Shown here: positions 1 to 12,200 of the stretch, in pieces
How the letters are laid out: each line of letters opens with the position of its first letter
How positions within the stretch are numbered: position 1 is the stretch's first letter
Origin: Hormiphora californensis
Taxonomy: Eukaryota > Animalia > Ctenophora
Direction: 5' to 3'
Assembly (NCBI GenBank): GCA_020137815.1
Contig: CM035356.1
Location: 5,704,001-5,768,000 of the forward strand
DNA: 64,000 nucleotides
Notes under the pieces: generated by a model
The model's database searches: none
Told to the model about the DNA's origin: nothing
What the model saw: only the letters and a program-made list of their open reading frames with translations
Translations under genes and position numbers: made by a program

Positions 1-456
1 TCTCTCTCTCTCTCTCTCTCTCTCCCTCTCTCCCTCTCTCTCTATATCTATCTTTCTCTCTCTCTCCCTCTCTCTATATCTATCTTTCTCTCTCTTTCTA
101 TCTCACTAAGCGTATTTGGGAATGACAGCATGATCCTTGGCAGAGAATTACTTGGAAACACATACAAATCCTTCTAAGAATATCACTGCAGCCCAACGAG
201 GCCAGGGGGTGGGAACAGCTCTAGATTTTCTAGGTAAGCAAACTCACGTACCAACTAAGAAATGGGATACTTCTAGGAGGAGGTCGATATGCAAAAGGAA
301 TTCATCCATGAATCATGATACACAGGTCTGAATATGGTGTGACCTAAATAATAAACCTACTACCTATAGCGTAGCTAGAAGGAACTAGGATTAGGGCATT
401 AAGTTCCCATGGGCTCAGAGCTGCTCTATAATTTGGTTATCTACAACACAATACCG

Positions 457-656
457 GGATACTAAATACCAGCTCCATATATTATGTTGTATAGAATTAC
501 ATTCAGTATATCCCATATCGAGTTAGCTGTAGTAGGATACAGTATCCTAGTATCGGATACTAGGATACTGTATCCTACTACAGCTAACTCGATATGGGAT
601 ATACTGCATGTAATTCTATACAACATAATATAATATGGAGCTGGTATTTAGTATCC
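457..656. repeat. ~200-bp near-perfect palindrome (foldback/MITE-like)
   Basis: GGATACTAAATACCAGCTCCATATATTATGTTGTATAGAATTAC... is mirrored by ...GTAATTCTATACAACATAATATATATGGAGCTGGTATTTAGTATCC; centre ~556. Confidence 0.85.
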
Positions 657-2451
657 GATACTAGGATCTGCATCATTCTCAGTGGAAGGGAGATATAGCT
701 AGGATCAACTTAATAGCTGTTATGTTTTAACCATCCTTTGTAAAAGAAGGGCGGAGCGCACGGAAAGAGGGTCGAGCTGGGCAATTTGATTCTCAACAGT
801 GCGCTCAGATGGGGTCCGCGGCATTGAAGGAACAGTTGTCAGAGCATTGGCCTGACAGAGGAACAGTATTCAAGACAAGAAAACAATAACTTACATCGCC
901 ACAATCGATTTGAAATGAGTGAGCGGGTTACGCGGATATGATTCGTTTGAAATTTGAATGGAAATCATCAAAAAGAGCATCAAAAAGAGCATCAAAAAGA
1001 AACATGTTTCACTTGTTTTGTTCAAACCTTTTTAGGGGACAAGGCAATGTTTCACAACAACCGATGACAATTCATATTCAATTCTTCATACTCATAGATT
1101 TCTAGTTGAAGTTGTTATTCATTTGAAAGCTGCTATATAACACATGATTCAAGAAATACAATAACGTTTTCACACCTTGACACATCTGGCTACAAGTCGA
1201 CGAGATGCTGTGACAGAGAGGAGGTCAGAGAAATATAGGGGGTCTAAAATGAAGAATAGATTTCCCACGAACAAAGACGTAGCACATTTGTCGCTAAATC
1301 ACGAACAACCGTTGCACTTCTAATCCAATGTTTCATTTAATACGCGTTTATTAACTTGATATAGCCGTGTTACAAAAATTGTAATACAAATCAAGGCATT
1401 GTATTTGTCCACGCCCTCTACAAAACTAAATAAGCGGCTAAAGAGCTGTACAATTACAGACCGATCAATAAACGTGATAACTGAGAAATATCTTTGGAAA
1501 CAAAATCGAACACCTGATCTTGAACAGTTAGATAATATCAAGTGATAACAGCTGTTGCACAGACCGTTGAGGTAAACTGTTAAATCAGATCACTGAATTC
1601 CAAACAAAGTAAATTCAATGGATCGCTGGCTCGCGAATTGTTGTTTGTTACAAAATCAATTAGCTTAACACAGTGTACAGGTCAACATCATGAGTTGTCA
1701 ATGGTTGGGTAAACTATTATAGGTTCACGTACCAAAACTATGCGTATGCTGCATATTGAATTCTCGAAGTCTCCATTGGATTCCCGGAAAACCCCCTTAA
1801 AACAACACACCTATAGTGAGATGTCAGGTGAGGCTGTTATATCAACATTTGCTTGTCTAATTAGGGTTTTGTGAGGAAGTTTTGTTTGGCAGATTTATAG
1901 AGATGGGGATGGGGTAATAAAAAACAATTGGCCGTTTAAATCAAATGATAAATATCAAGGACTGACGACGTCCATGGACTGTCAGAGCATTGGCCTGACC
2001 CATTCTCGCGCGAGAACTGTGGTCAGAGCATTGGCCTGACAGTCCATGGACGACGGTTGGGCGGGTACCATGCCAAAGCCACCCGGCGCCACTTAGGACC
2101 TAAAACATGCGTAATTTGTCGAAATTGTAGAGCTAGATTGGGTACGACGTCCCCACTTTTCTCTCCTGTCAGGCCGATGCTCTGACAGTTTCTCTCCTTC
2201 CAGCCCTCCTGCGGAGTGCGGCGCTGTCTCTCACAATGTCAGGTGCGCTATCTTTCTTGGGAACCCAGCCTTGGCATTCCCGTTAAGAGAGGGTACATCG
2301 TACTCAAACATCTAATTGGCAAATTAATGGTATCAATTTGAAGTGATTAAAAACACTTCCTACCATTGATTGTGAGGATGCTTGACTGTATAACTATAAT
2401 AATAGTGTGTACTGGCTACCTTGTTAGCATTGCAAATGCAGATAACCGTGG

Positions 2452-3212
2452 GTCTCTGTCCATCTGTCACTGTCTCTGTCACTGTCACTGTCTCTGTCTC
2501 TGTCTCTGTCTCTGTCTCTGTCTCTGTCTCTGTCTCTGTCTCTGTCTCTGTCTCTGTCTCTGTCTCTGTCTCTGTCTCTGTCTCTGTCTCTGTCTCTGTC
2601 TCTGTCTCTCTGTTTTCCTGTCTCTGTCTCTCTGTTTTCCTGTCTCTGTCTCTGTCTCTGTCTCTGTCTCTGTCTCTGTCTCTGTCTCTGTCTCTGTCTC
2701 TGTCTCTGTCTCTGTCTCTGTCTCTGTCTCTGTCTCTGTCTCTGTCTCTGTCTCTGTCTCTGTCTCTGTCTCAGGGTCTCTGTCTCTGTCTCAGGGTCTC
2801 TGTCTCTGTCTCTGTCTCTGTCTCTGTCTCTGTCTCTGTCTCTGTCTCTGTCTCTGTCTCTGTCTCTGTCTCTGTCTCTGTCTCTGTCTCTGTCTCTGTC
2901 TCTGTCTCTGTCTCTGTCTCTGTCTCTGTCTCTGTCTCAGGGTCTCTGTCTCAGGGTCTCTGTCTCTGTCTCAGGGTCTCACTCTCTGTCTCTCTGTCTC
3001 TGTCTCTCTGTCGCAGGGTCTCTGTCTCTGTCTCTGTCCCTGTCTCTCTGTTTTCCTGTCCCTCTGTCTCTGTCTCTGTCTCTGTCTCTGTCTCTGTCTC
3101 TGTCTCTGTCTCTGTCTCTGTCTCTGTCTCTGTCTCTGTCCCTGTCTCCGTCGGCGTCCCTGTCTCTGTCTCCGTCCCTGTCTCTCTGTCTTCCTGTTTC
3201 TGTTTCTGTCTC
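2452..3212. repeat. (TCTCTG)n hexanucleotide microsatellite with TCAGGG interruptions
   Basis: Seen directly; explains the CL/SV/RD-repeat ORFs. Confidence 0.97.
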
Positions 3213-3261
3213 CACAGACTAACAGTTTCTGTACCAGAATAAGGTTATGACCCACCACCGT

Positions 3262-3420
3262 TTAAAATCGGATTTTTTGAAGTTGTCACACCAAAATCGC
3301 TGCACGTGTGATATCATTTTTGACGTGCACACCACACGTTAACATGTGATAAGCGCACAAAACAAATCCGCGCCCAATTGAAGGGGGTATAGGGGTGCCA
3401 ACTTCAAAAATCCGATTTTA
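3262..3420. mobile_element. small MITE-like element with terminal inverted repeats
   Basis: TAAAATCGGATTTTTTGAAGTTG ... CAACTTCAAAAATCCGATTTTA. Confidence 0.6.
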
Positions 3421-3861
3421 TTCGTTGATACAAACTAACGACAAATTATCTCCATTGTTGTAAAACTGAACGTTATTAATTATCGCGATATTATAAACCG
3501 CTGAATCTTGAACCCTCTAACAAATAAAGTTACCTAAATATACCACGACTTGAACAATATCATTGCAGTAATATAAAACTCCTAACAATTAATTCCTCTC
3601 TTTGACAATCAACAAGTACAATATTTTTCTTTTCTCTATTTAAACTTTTCTATCTTTTTACGGTTTCCTTATTAAAATACACGCTCCTAAGTAAGAAAAC
3701 AAACAAAAACATTTAGCTTTCTCTATCTCTATCTCTCTCTCTCTCTCTCACACACTCTCTCTCTCACTCTCTCTCTCTCTCTCTCTCACTATCATTCTCT
3801 CTCTCTCTCTCTCTCTCGTCATGTTATAAAGAGAAAGTCACAGTGTCACTACACAACTACA

Positions 3862-6212
3862 TCAATGCTTCTGGGTCGGGGAGTTGTTTCGTAGTATAGA
3901 CTGCTGGAACCGACTGACATCAAAAGTCTTCTGCTGACCTTGTTGTGGTTGGTTTTGGCTCTGCTGTGGCTGCTGGTCTGACCGGCCTTGCTCTGAAACA
4001 ATATATGGGATATATTAGTGTCAGGCGTCATAATATGAATGGTAGCGAGGATATGACTCATATATCCTCGCTACAAAATTTAGGTTTCAAGACAAGATTT
4101 GACGGATGGACCCAGACCAATTGACCCAATAGATGAATTGTGATACCCCACATTCTACTAATTAATTAGTTAATTAATTAGTTAATTTCTACTATTTATA
4201 GTAGTTACCTGGCCTCTCATCACGTCTCGGCTGTTGTTGTTGTTGGTGCATGGCTCGATCAGCAAACCCATGCTGAAGTGGGGAATGTGTGTTAATATAC
4301 ATGTTAACACTGTTAACAAAATATAAATAATCCTACACACACTAGCAGACAGACAAACCCGGCTCACACCAACAGAAAACACCTCACACTCACACACTCA
4401 CACACACACATACAAACCCTATCTCTCACACTCACACCGGCAGACAAACCCTCACACACTCACACACCGCACCCCTCTGACGCTCACACACCAACAGACA
4501 ACCCCTCTCTCACACCAACAGACAACCCCTCTCTCACACTCACAAACAGACAACACCTCTCTAACACTCACACCGACAGGCAACCGCTCACACACGCCAA
4601 CAGACAAACCCTCTCACACACTTACACACACACCTGATAGAGTTGGGGCGGGATTTGGGTAAAGGGACCGAATGCCGGTGGGGCATGGCCTCCAAATAGA
4701 GTGGTGGGCGGAGCAGCTGAAGGATTGTACATGGAAACTGGGATCTGGGGGGAGGGGGACACACTAGTTCGCACCGGGTATACATCGTAATACACTTTTA
4801 AGGGCCTGATATTTTTAATCAATTATATATGTATGTATACTTTGGACATCGCTCCCTATCCACCCTATACATTGTATAGGGTGGATAGGGAGCGATGTCC
4901 AAAGTATTATTTAGGACATTGCTCTACCCCTTCACTCAATATACTACCCCCACATTTCTTGTTGAGTACTCAACAACCCATATCCCACATCTCATTGCCC
5001 AAGCACCATTCTCACCATTCTCTCACGACTAAAAAGAACTACGGCGAACTAAAAACTTAAATTTCAATTAATTCATCATTAATTAATGACATGAACCGAC
5101 CGAATCAGGAAATACTGGTCCCTGATTGGCTGATAACCAGTCACGTGACCAAAATAACGAGTTCTGATTGGTTGTTTACTTGTTTCGGTCGGTTCCTAAT
5201 TAATGAACTATTTCTACCTTTCTCATCCTCTCATTTTGCATTTGAAGTGTTTGACTGATCTTCTGGGCTTGTTCCATAGCTTCTTTTCTCAGAATCCTTG
5301 GTGGTTTGAACCGTGGCTGTGAAGGGGGCGGCGCTGGAGCACCTAGGGAATATAGGTTGGGTATGATATCCCTTTTGCGCTGTCCTCTCTCACGTTTTCG
5401 TGCACGCTACGTCTAGTTAGGGATTCCCCTTCCCAAAAAAGAGGGTACACCGTGCCCAAGGGAATAGGAACCAATTATCACCCCTCTCATACTGCCCTAG
5501 AATTGATTTAAACAGCTCCCAACCCAATAAACACCCCCTCCATGGACCTATAAAGTTATCAACAAAACTAACCTCGTCTCCAATCAGAGAATGAATGCCT
5601 CTGTTATTATAATCCATGTTGTTGTTGTTATTGTTCCCATGGTGATGATGTTGTGGAGCAGCATGGTGCTGATAGTTGTTGCTATGGTGATAGTTGTTGT
5701 TGTTGCTATGGTCCTCGTGATAACTTCTACAGTTCCTCCTATTACCACCACCACCTCCTCCTCTCCGGTACACTACTTCACCTGCAGTAAAGGTAAGAGT
5801 TATAAAACAGGAAATAGGAATTGTCTTAAATTCTTTAGTTTATCATAATGTATGCTATGGAGTAAAGGTGAGAGCTATAATAGATCATTAGGAATTTTCT
5901 TTACTTTATTACTGTTGCGTTAGTTAATGTCTATTAGGGGTTCTGGTAATAACTTTGGGTGCAAATGATGTGGACAGCTCAGTTGGGTGATCGGATAACT
6001 GTTTATTAGCCTCATGTTTGATTATCAGAGTTTTGGGTATTCTCTCTGTTCAGCCCAGAGATGATACCAAAGACTCTGACAATAAAATGATGTGGTATTG
6101 ACAGGTGAATTGGGGTACAGGGCGTGCATTTAGTCGCATGTGTCTATATCAGGTAGTACCTACGAAAACAAACAACACCTCGCTCAGCGCACTACCACTT
6201 GACTGTTACTAG

Positions 6213-6297
<85 letters not shown>

Positions 6298-9200
6298 TGA
6301 GAGTGAGAGAGAGAGAAGAATAGAACTTGTGTTTATCTTTTATCTCCCAAACTGCCTGCGTAACAAAGCACAGATCATCTAATCCCTGGAATTCGTCCTG
6401 GACAGCCAATCAGCGGTCGATGTGGATAGTCACGTGATTTGCTATTGATTTTTGGTATAAATAGTGGGGTAATTTGATAACAGTTCATAATAGTTGTGAT
6501 ACATATAGTTCATAAAAACTAGAGTTACTGAGCTAGAAATTAAGTCGACCTCTCAACTAGAGATATCTGTTGTTTATCCTAAACCACTTTTGTTTCATAT
6601 AATTTTAAACTCTCTAATAACTTTTAAACTCCCCCCCTCTAACGTGTGTCTTGTTTCCTAATTGTAGTATCGCAACATAACATATTGTTTCCTAATTGTA
6701 GTATCGCAACATAACATATTGTTTCCTAATTGTAGTATCGCAACATAACATATTGTTTCCTAATTGTAGTATCTCGTAATGGACGATATCCCTGCTCTGG
6801 TCGTGGACAATGGATCCGGAATGGTGAAAGCTGGTTTTGCCGGAGATGACGCTCCCCGATCTGTCTTCCCGTCGATCACGGGGCGACCCAAGTACCACGG
6901 TGTCATGCAGATCAACAAGAAAGACATCTACATTGGAGATGAGGCTCAGGCCAAGAGGGGGATTCTGACCCTGAACTACCCTATTGAGCACGGACAGGTG
7001 ACCAACTGGGACGATATGGAGGCCATCTGGCACCACACCTTCTACAACGAGCTCCGAGTGGCTCCTGAGGAGAGGCCCGTCCTCCTGACTGAGGCTCCCC
7101 TCAACCCCAAGAGCAACAGGGAGAAGATGACCCAGATCATGTTCGAGACCTTCAACACCCCCGCCATGTACGTCGCCATCCAGGCTGTCCTGTCCCTGTA
7201 CAGCTCTGGCCGAACCACCGGTATCGTCATGGATTCTGGTGATGGTGTCTCCCATACCGTTCCCATCTACGAGGGATACGCCCTGCCCCACGCCGTCATG
7301 AGGCTCGACCTGGCCGGACGAGATCTCACCGACTACCTGGTGAAGATCCTCCACGAGCGAGGATACTCCTTCACATCATCCTCCGAGAGGGAGATCGTCA
7401 GGGACATCAAGGAGAAGCTCTGCTACGTTGCCCAGGACTTTGACAACGAAATGGATATGTCCAAGTCTAGCTCCGCCTGCGAGAAGAGCTACGAGCTACC
7501 CGATGGTGAGGTCATCACTGTCGGAGACCAGAGGTTCCGATGTCCCGAGCTGCTCTTCAAGCCCCACTTTGCCGGAGGAGAGGGCGGCGGCGTTGACCAG
7601 AAGACCTACGAGAGTATCATGAAGTGTGATATGGATATCAGGAGCGATTTGATGGAGAATATCTGCCTCTCCGGTGGAACTACCATGTTCAACGGAATGG
7701 CTGACAGGATGCAGAAGGAGATCACCGCCCTGGCTCCCCCCGGAAAGAAGGTCCGAGTTATTGCTCCTCCCGAGAGGAAGTACTCCGTCTGGATCGGAGG
7801 ATCCATCCTGGCCTCTCTCTCCACCTTCCAGACCATGTGGATCTCCAAGCAGGAGTACGACGAGTCTGGTCCTTCTATCGTTCACAGGAAATGCATGTAA
7901 AGAGACACGTGTGTTGATTTTGTTTAAAGATTTTAGAATTTGTTTGATTGTTGCATGTGTTCTGAAAAATTGTTGGAATTTAAAATTTTTTAACTGCTTT
8001 CCAAAAACAATGTGTTTTGAGAAGTATCAAACTTGATCATTCCATCCATCTATGACACGATCAAAAGCATAAAAATGTTTTAGTTGTCACTGGTAAGCAG
8101 GAAGAACTTATCCATTGCTCTCATATGAGCAGCTTATGAGAGCGAACACGTTTCTCCTGCTTACCAGCTGTCGCTCAACTTGGTTACGAAGTCACCCCTG
8201 TTATTATATTGCATATAGTGGGCTTTTGTGGAGGGGTAATTTCATTAACAACTCTCAACTAGGACATGTCAGAAGGGAGGGCAGTGATTCTGGATGTTGG
8301 TACAAGATGGACCAGGGCCGGGTTCTCAGGGGAGGACCAACCCCGGAGTGTGTTCACCACAATAGTTGGGAGGCCCAAATATTATAATGTCCATGAAATT
8401 TATGAGGGTAAAGATGTGTGGGTCGGAGAGGAAGCGATATCTAAACGGGGAGGATTAAGACTTAACTACCCTATTCACCACAGAGTCATTGAAAATTTCG
8501 ATGATATGGAAGCAATATGGCATCACACCTTCCACAACGAGCTAGGTGTGTCACCGGAGGAACAGCCCCTTCTGATGGCAGAACACCCGTTTGGCCCAAA
8601 GGCTAACCGAGAAAAAACCACTCAGATCATGTTTGAAACTTTCAACGTTCCTTCTCTTTTCCTATCTCCCCAGTCCGTCTTGTCCCTGTATGCCAGCGGC
8701 GCGAGAACAACTGGAGTGGTTCTGGATTGCGGGGATCATACAACCCACGTGGTACCAGTATATGATGGTTACTGCCTGCCACACGCTGTATCCAGGATGG
8801 ATATCGGTGGTCGGGATCTAACTGATGTAGTGTTGAAGGTAATAAGCGAACGGAGATACTACCTACGCGGCCCAGCCAAGAAAGAAGCCAAGAAAGAAGG
8901 GTTTACAGAGATGTTGAAGAAGAAGTTCTGTTATGTGGCCCAGAATTATGAGAAAGAGATGGAGGAATGGGATGAAACCAAGGACAGAACCTGGCCGGAG
9001 GGACCACTCTCTGATTTCGAACCAGACTCTGATGTCATCACCATAGGCAACCAGATTCAGATTGGCTGTCCTGAGGTGCTCTTTAAACCCACACTGGTTG
9101 GTGCAGCTGAAGGAAGTAGTGGGGTTGATAGGATGGTGTGGGAGAGTATAGAGAGATGTGATCCAGGTATAAAGGATGAAATGTATGCTAACATCTGTGT

Positions 9201-12200
9201 AGCAGGGGGTGGGGCCATGTTTAGGGGGTTTAGAGAGAGGTTGGAGAGGGAAATAATCGCTCTCGCACCACCCTCATCGGTAACACGTGTTAGTGTTGGT
9301 GACGCATCACCACGTGTTAGTGTTGGAGAGCCTGGTGGACAGTTGTCTGCGTGGAAGGGAGCCTCAACTCTAGTTGCAGAGGGACATTATGATAACCGAT
9401 GGGTGAAGAGAGAGGATTATGAGGAATATGGGCCGTCAATTGTACACTGGAGATGTGCCTATTAAGGGTACGCTAACCAAAAATTTTTTTCGAGTGCAGG
9501 AAAATCTCTCACCGTAGGGTTGTAGGCCATACCAAGGAGACCTCAAATATGCAATTTTAGCCCTTAAGTCGAATTCATATTTTTGCTACAGCTGTTTAAA
9601 AAATGTCCTGAAAATACGTTTTTGGCATCTCAAAATTTTTTTTTCAAAGATAGGAGCATGAAAATTTGGGGATTTGAAGAGGGCATGAAGGTGAATAACC
9701 ACAAAAAATTTTTTTGCAATCCGAGCTGATTTCCGGTCCTGAGATGGATTTCTTTTTTTCCACTTTAACGCCCTACTTGGCAAAGTTCCGAAAACATGTG
9801 AAAGCTGTAAATTGGTGAAAAGTTGCGTCTAACGATTATCTAAGTGGCCATAAATTTTGGGCGTGTCCTTATTTGAGATAAGCTGTACGGAGTTTTTTTT
9901 GTGAAAGCCGTCATTTCAGAAATAAATAAATTCCCTGTATCTCAAAAACGGCTGATCGTAGAGACCTGAGACTATGCTTAAACGATTCAGAAGGTCCGAT
10001 TTTGGGGGGGTCTTCTGAGAGACATTTTGCTCCTACTTCAACCGTTTTTGCTGTAATTGCGAAAAACAATAACCCATCTTCGCCATCGTGGATTTTTTGT
10101 GATTTTGTTTTTGATGATTATAGGGACCCATATGGACCAAATAGTGAAGGAATTAGCTTGTTAAACATTTTTCCATAGTTTCGGTCCTTTCTTAGCTAAA
10201 ATTCCCTAATTACAGGATATTGGAGTTTAGCTTTTGCCCTTTTCATAGAATTTGTTTTTCGCAATTACAGCAAAAACGATTGAAGTAGGAGCAAAATGTC
10301 TCTCAGAAGACCCCCCCAAAATCGGACCTTCTGAATCGTTTAAGCATAGTCTCAGGTCTCTACGATCAGCTTATCTCAAATAAGGACACGCCCAAAATTT
10401 ATGGCCACTTAGATAATCGTTAGACGCAACTTTTCACCAATTTACAGCTTTCACATGTTTTCGGAACTTTGCCAAATAGGGCGTTAAAGTGGAAAAAAAG
10501 AAATCCATCTCAGGACCGGAAATCAGCTCGGATTGCAAAAAAAATTTTTGTGGTTATTCACCTTCATGTCCTCTTCAAATCCCCAAATTTTCATGCTCCT
10601 ATCTTTGAAAAAAAATTTTTGAGATGCCAAAAACTTATTTTCAGTTCATTTTTCAAGCAGCTGTAGCAAAAATATGAATTCGACTTGAGAGCTCAAATTG
10701 CATATTTGAGGTCTCCTTGGCATGGCCTACAACCCTACGGTGAGAGATTTCCCTGCACTCGAAAAAAATTTTTGGTTAGCGTACCCTTAATTGTGTTCTG
10801 AATAAAGAGATCTGAGCAAAATTACTTCCTATTGATTATGTGGCAATGCCTTTACTTTTCCTGCCTGTGTGAATGCCTTGCTATGCCATATATAGCAAGT
10901 GCCAGTCGTCATGCTTATTAGAATTAGAATTACGTCATGCTAACGTACAAATCGTTGTTCAGTAGTAAAATGACTCTGCTATCTCCTTTACTACTTTTAC
11001 TACTGATTTATCATGATATTTGATACTATTATGGGCGATGTTTTGGGTATTTTGTTACCTTGTACATTGTACATAGTACATTTTGTTACCTTGTACATTG
11101 TGATTCTATAGATCATGCTAAACAAAACGATCCAAACCCAGCTCTTCTTCTTTAATTGAGGTGTACTATACTCTCTCAATAAATCTAACCCCCACAATTA
11201 TTGAGGAGATCATGTCGGAAAAGGAATCTAAAAGTACCTCAAGTGTGGAACCTATTATGGATGTTATCGTGATAGACACAGGTACATGGCTACTACTCTC
11301 TTTAGTTTAGGTAACAATCTCACTCTTGCTCTCTTTAATAAAAGTAACAATCTCACTCTTGATCTCTTTAATAAAAGTAACGATCTCACTCTTGCTCTCT
11401 TTAATAAAAGTAACGATCTCACTCTTGCTCTCTTTAATAAAAGTAACAATCTCACTCTTGCTCTCTTTAGTTAAGGTAACAATCTCACTCTTGCTCTCTT
11501 TAGTTAAAGTAACGATCTCACTCTTGCTCTCTTTAGTTAAAGTAACGATCTCACTCTTGCTCTCTTTAGTTAAAGTAACAATCTCACTCACAGGTGCAGC
11601 TACAACACGGATAGGAAGGGCAGGGGAAGACAACCCAGATACCTCCATCCCTACTATTGTCAGCTCGGGAAGGGACATGTTTGGTTTGGAGGCTCTGGGA
11701 GGTTCAGGGAGGTGGCCCTTCAGTTGGGGGTGTTTTTTGGAAAAGTAAGACATTTCTATATCGGTGTTTGTCTCACCCATTACTCAACAAATCAGTGTCG
11801 ATATTAGGGGACGGGCTGATATCGCTCCGTATCATGATAGGGGGGTTCAAGATAGGCAATAATAAGTCATCCCCTCTCTTTCATCCCCACGCAATTGAAT
11901 TGTTGCTTATTTTAGCTGGGAAGATATGGAAGCTCTTTGGATGCACCTAACTGCACAATACGGACCTGTTGAGGACAATAGGATCCTTTTTACTGAGCCA
12001 ATATTGAACCCAAAGTCATTTAGGTATAAATATAATGACATTACAATGTCATTAGATTTAGTTAAAGTTATGATCTCATTCTTGCTCTCTTTAGTAAAAG
12101 TAACAATCTCACTCTTGCTCTCTTTAGTTGAAGTAATGATCTCACTCTTGCTCTCTATAGTAAAAGTAACGATCTCACTACCCCAGGGAGAGAACAGTAC

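Noticed and set aside
2366-3258. Long CL/SV/RD-repeat ORFs
   Set aside because: Translations of the (TCTCTG)n microsatellite
6692-7885. Antisense ORFs over actin (220 and 129 aa)
   Set aside because: Shadow ORFs caused by GC3-biased actin codons
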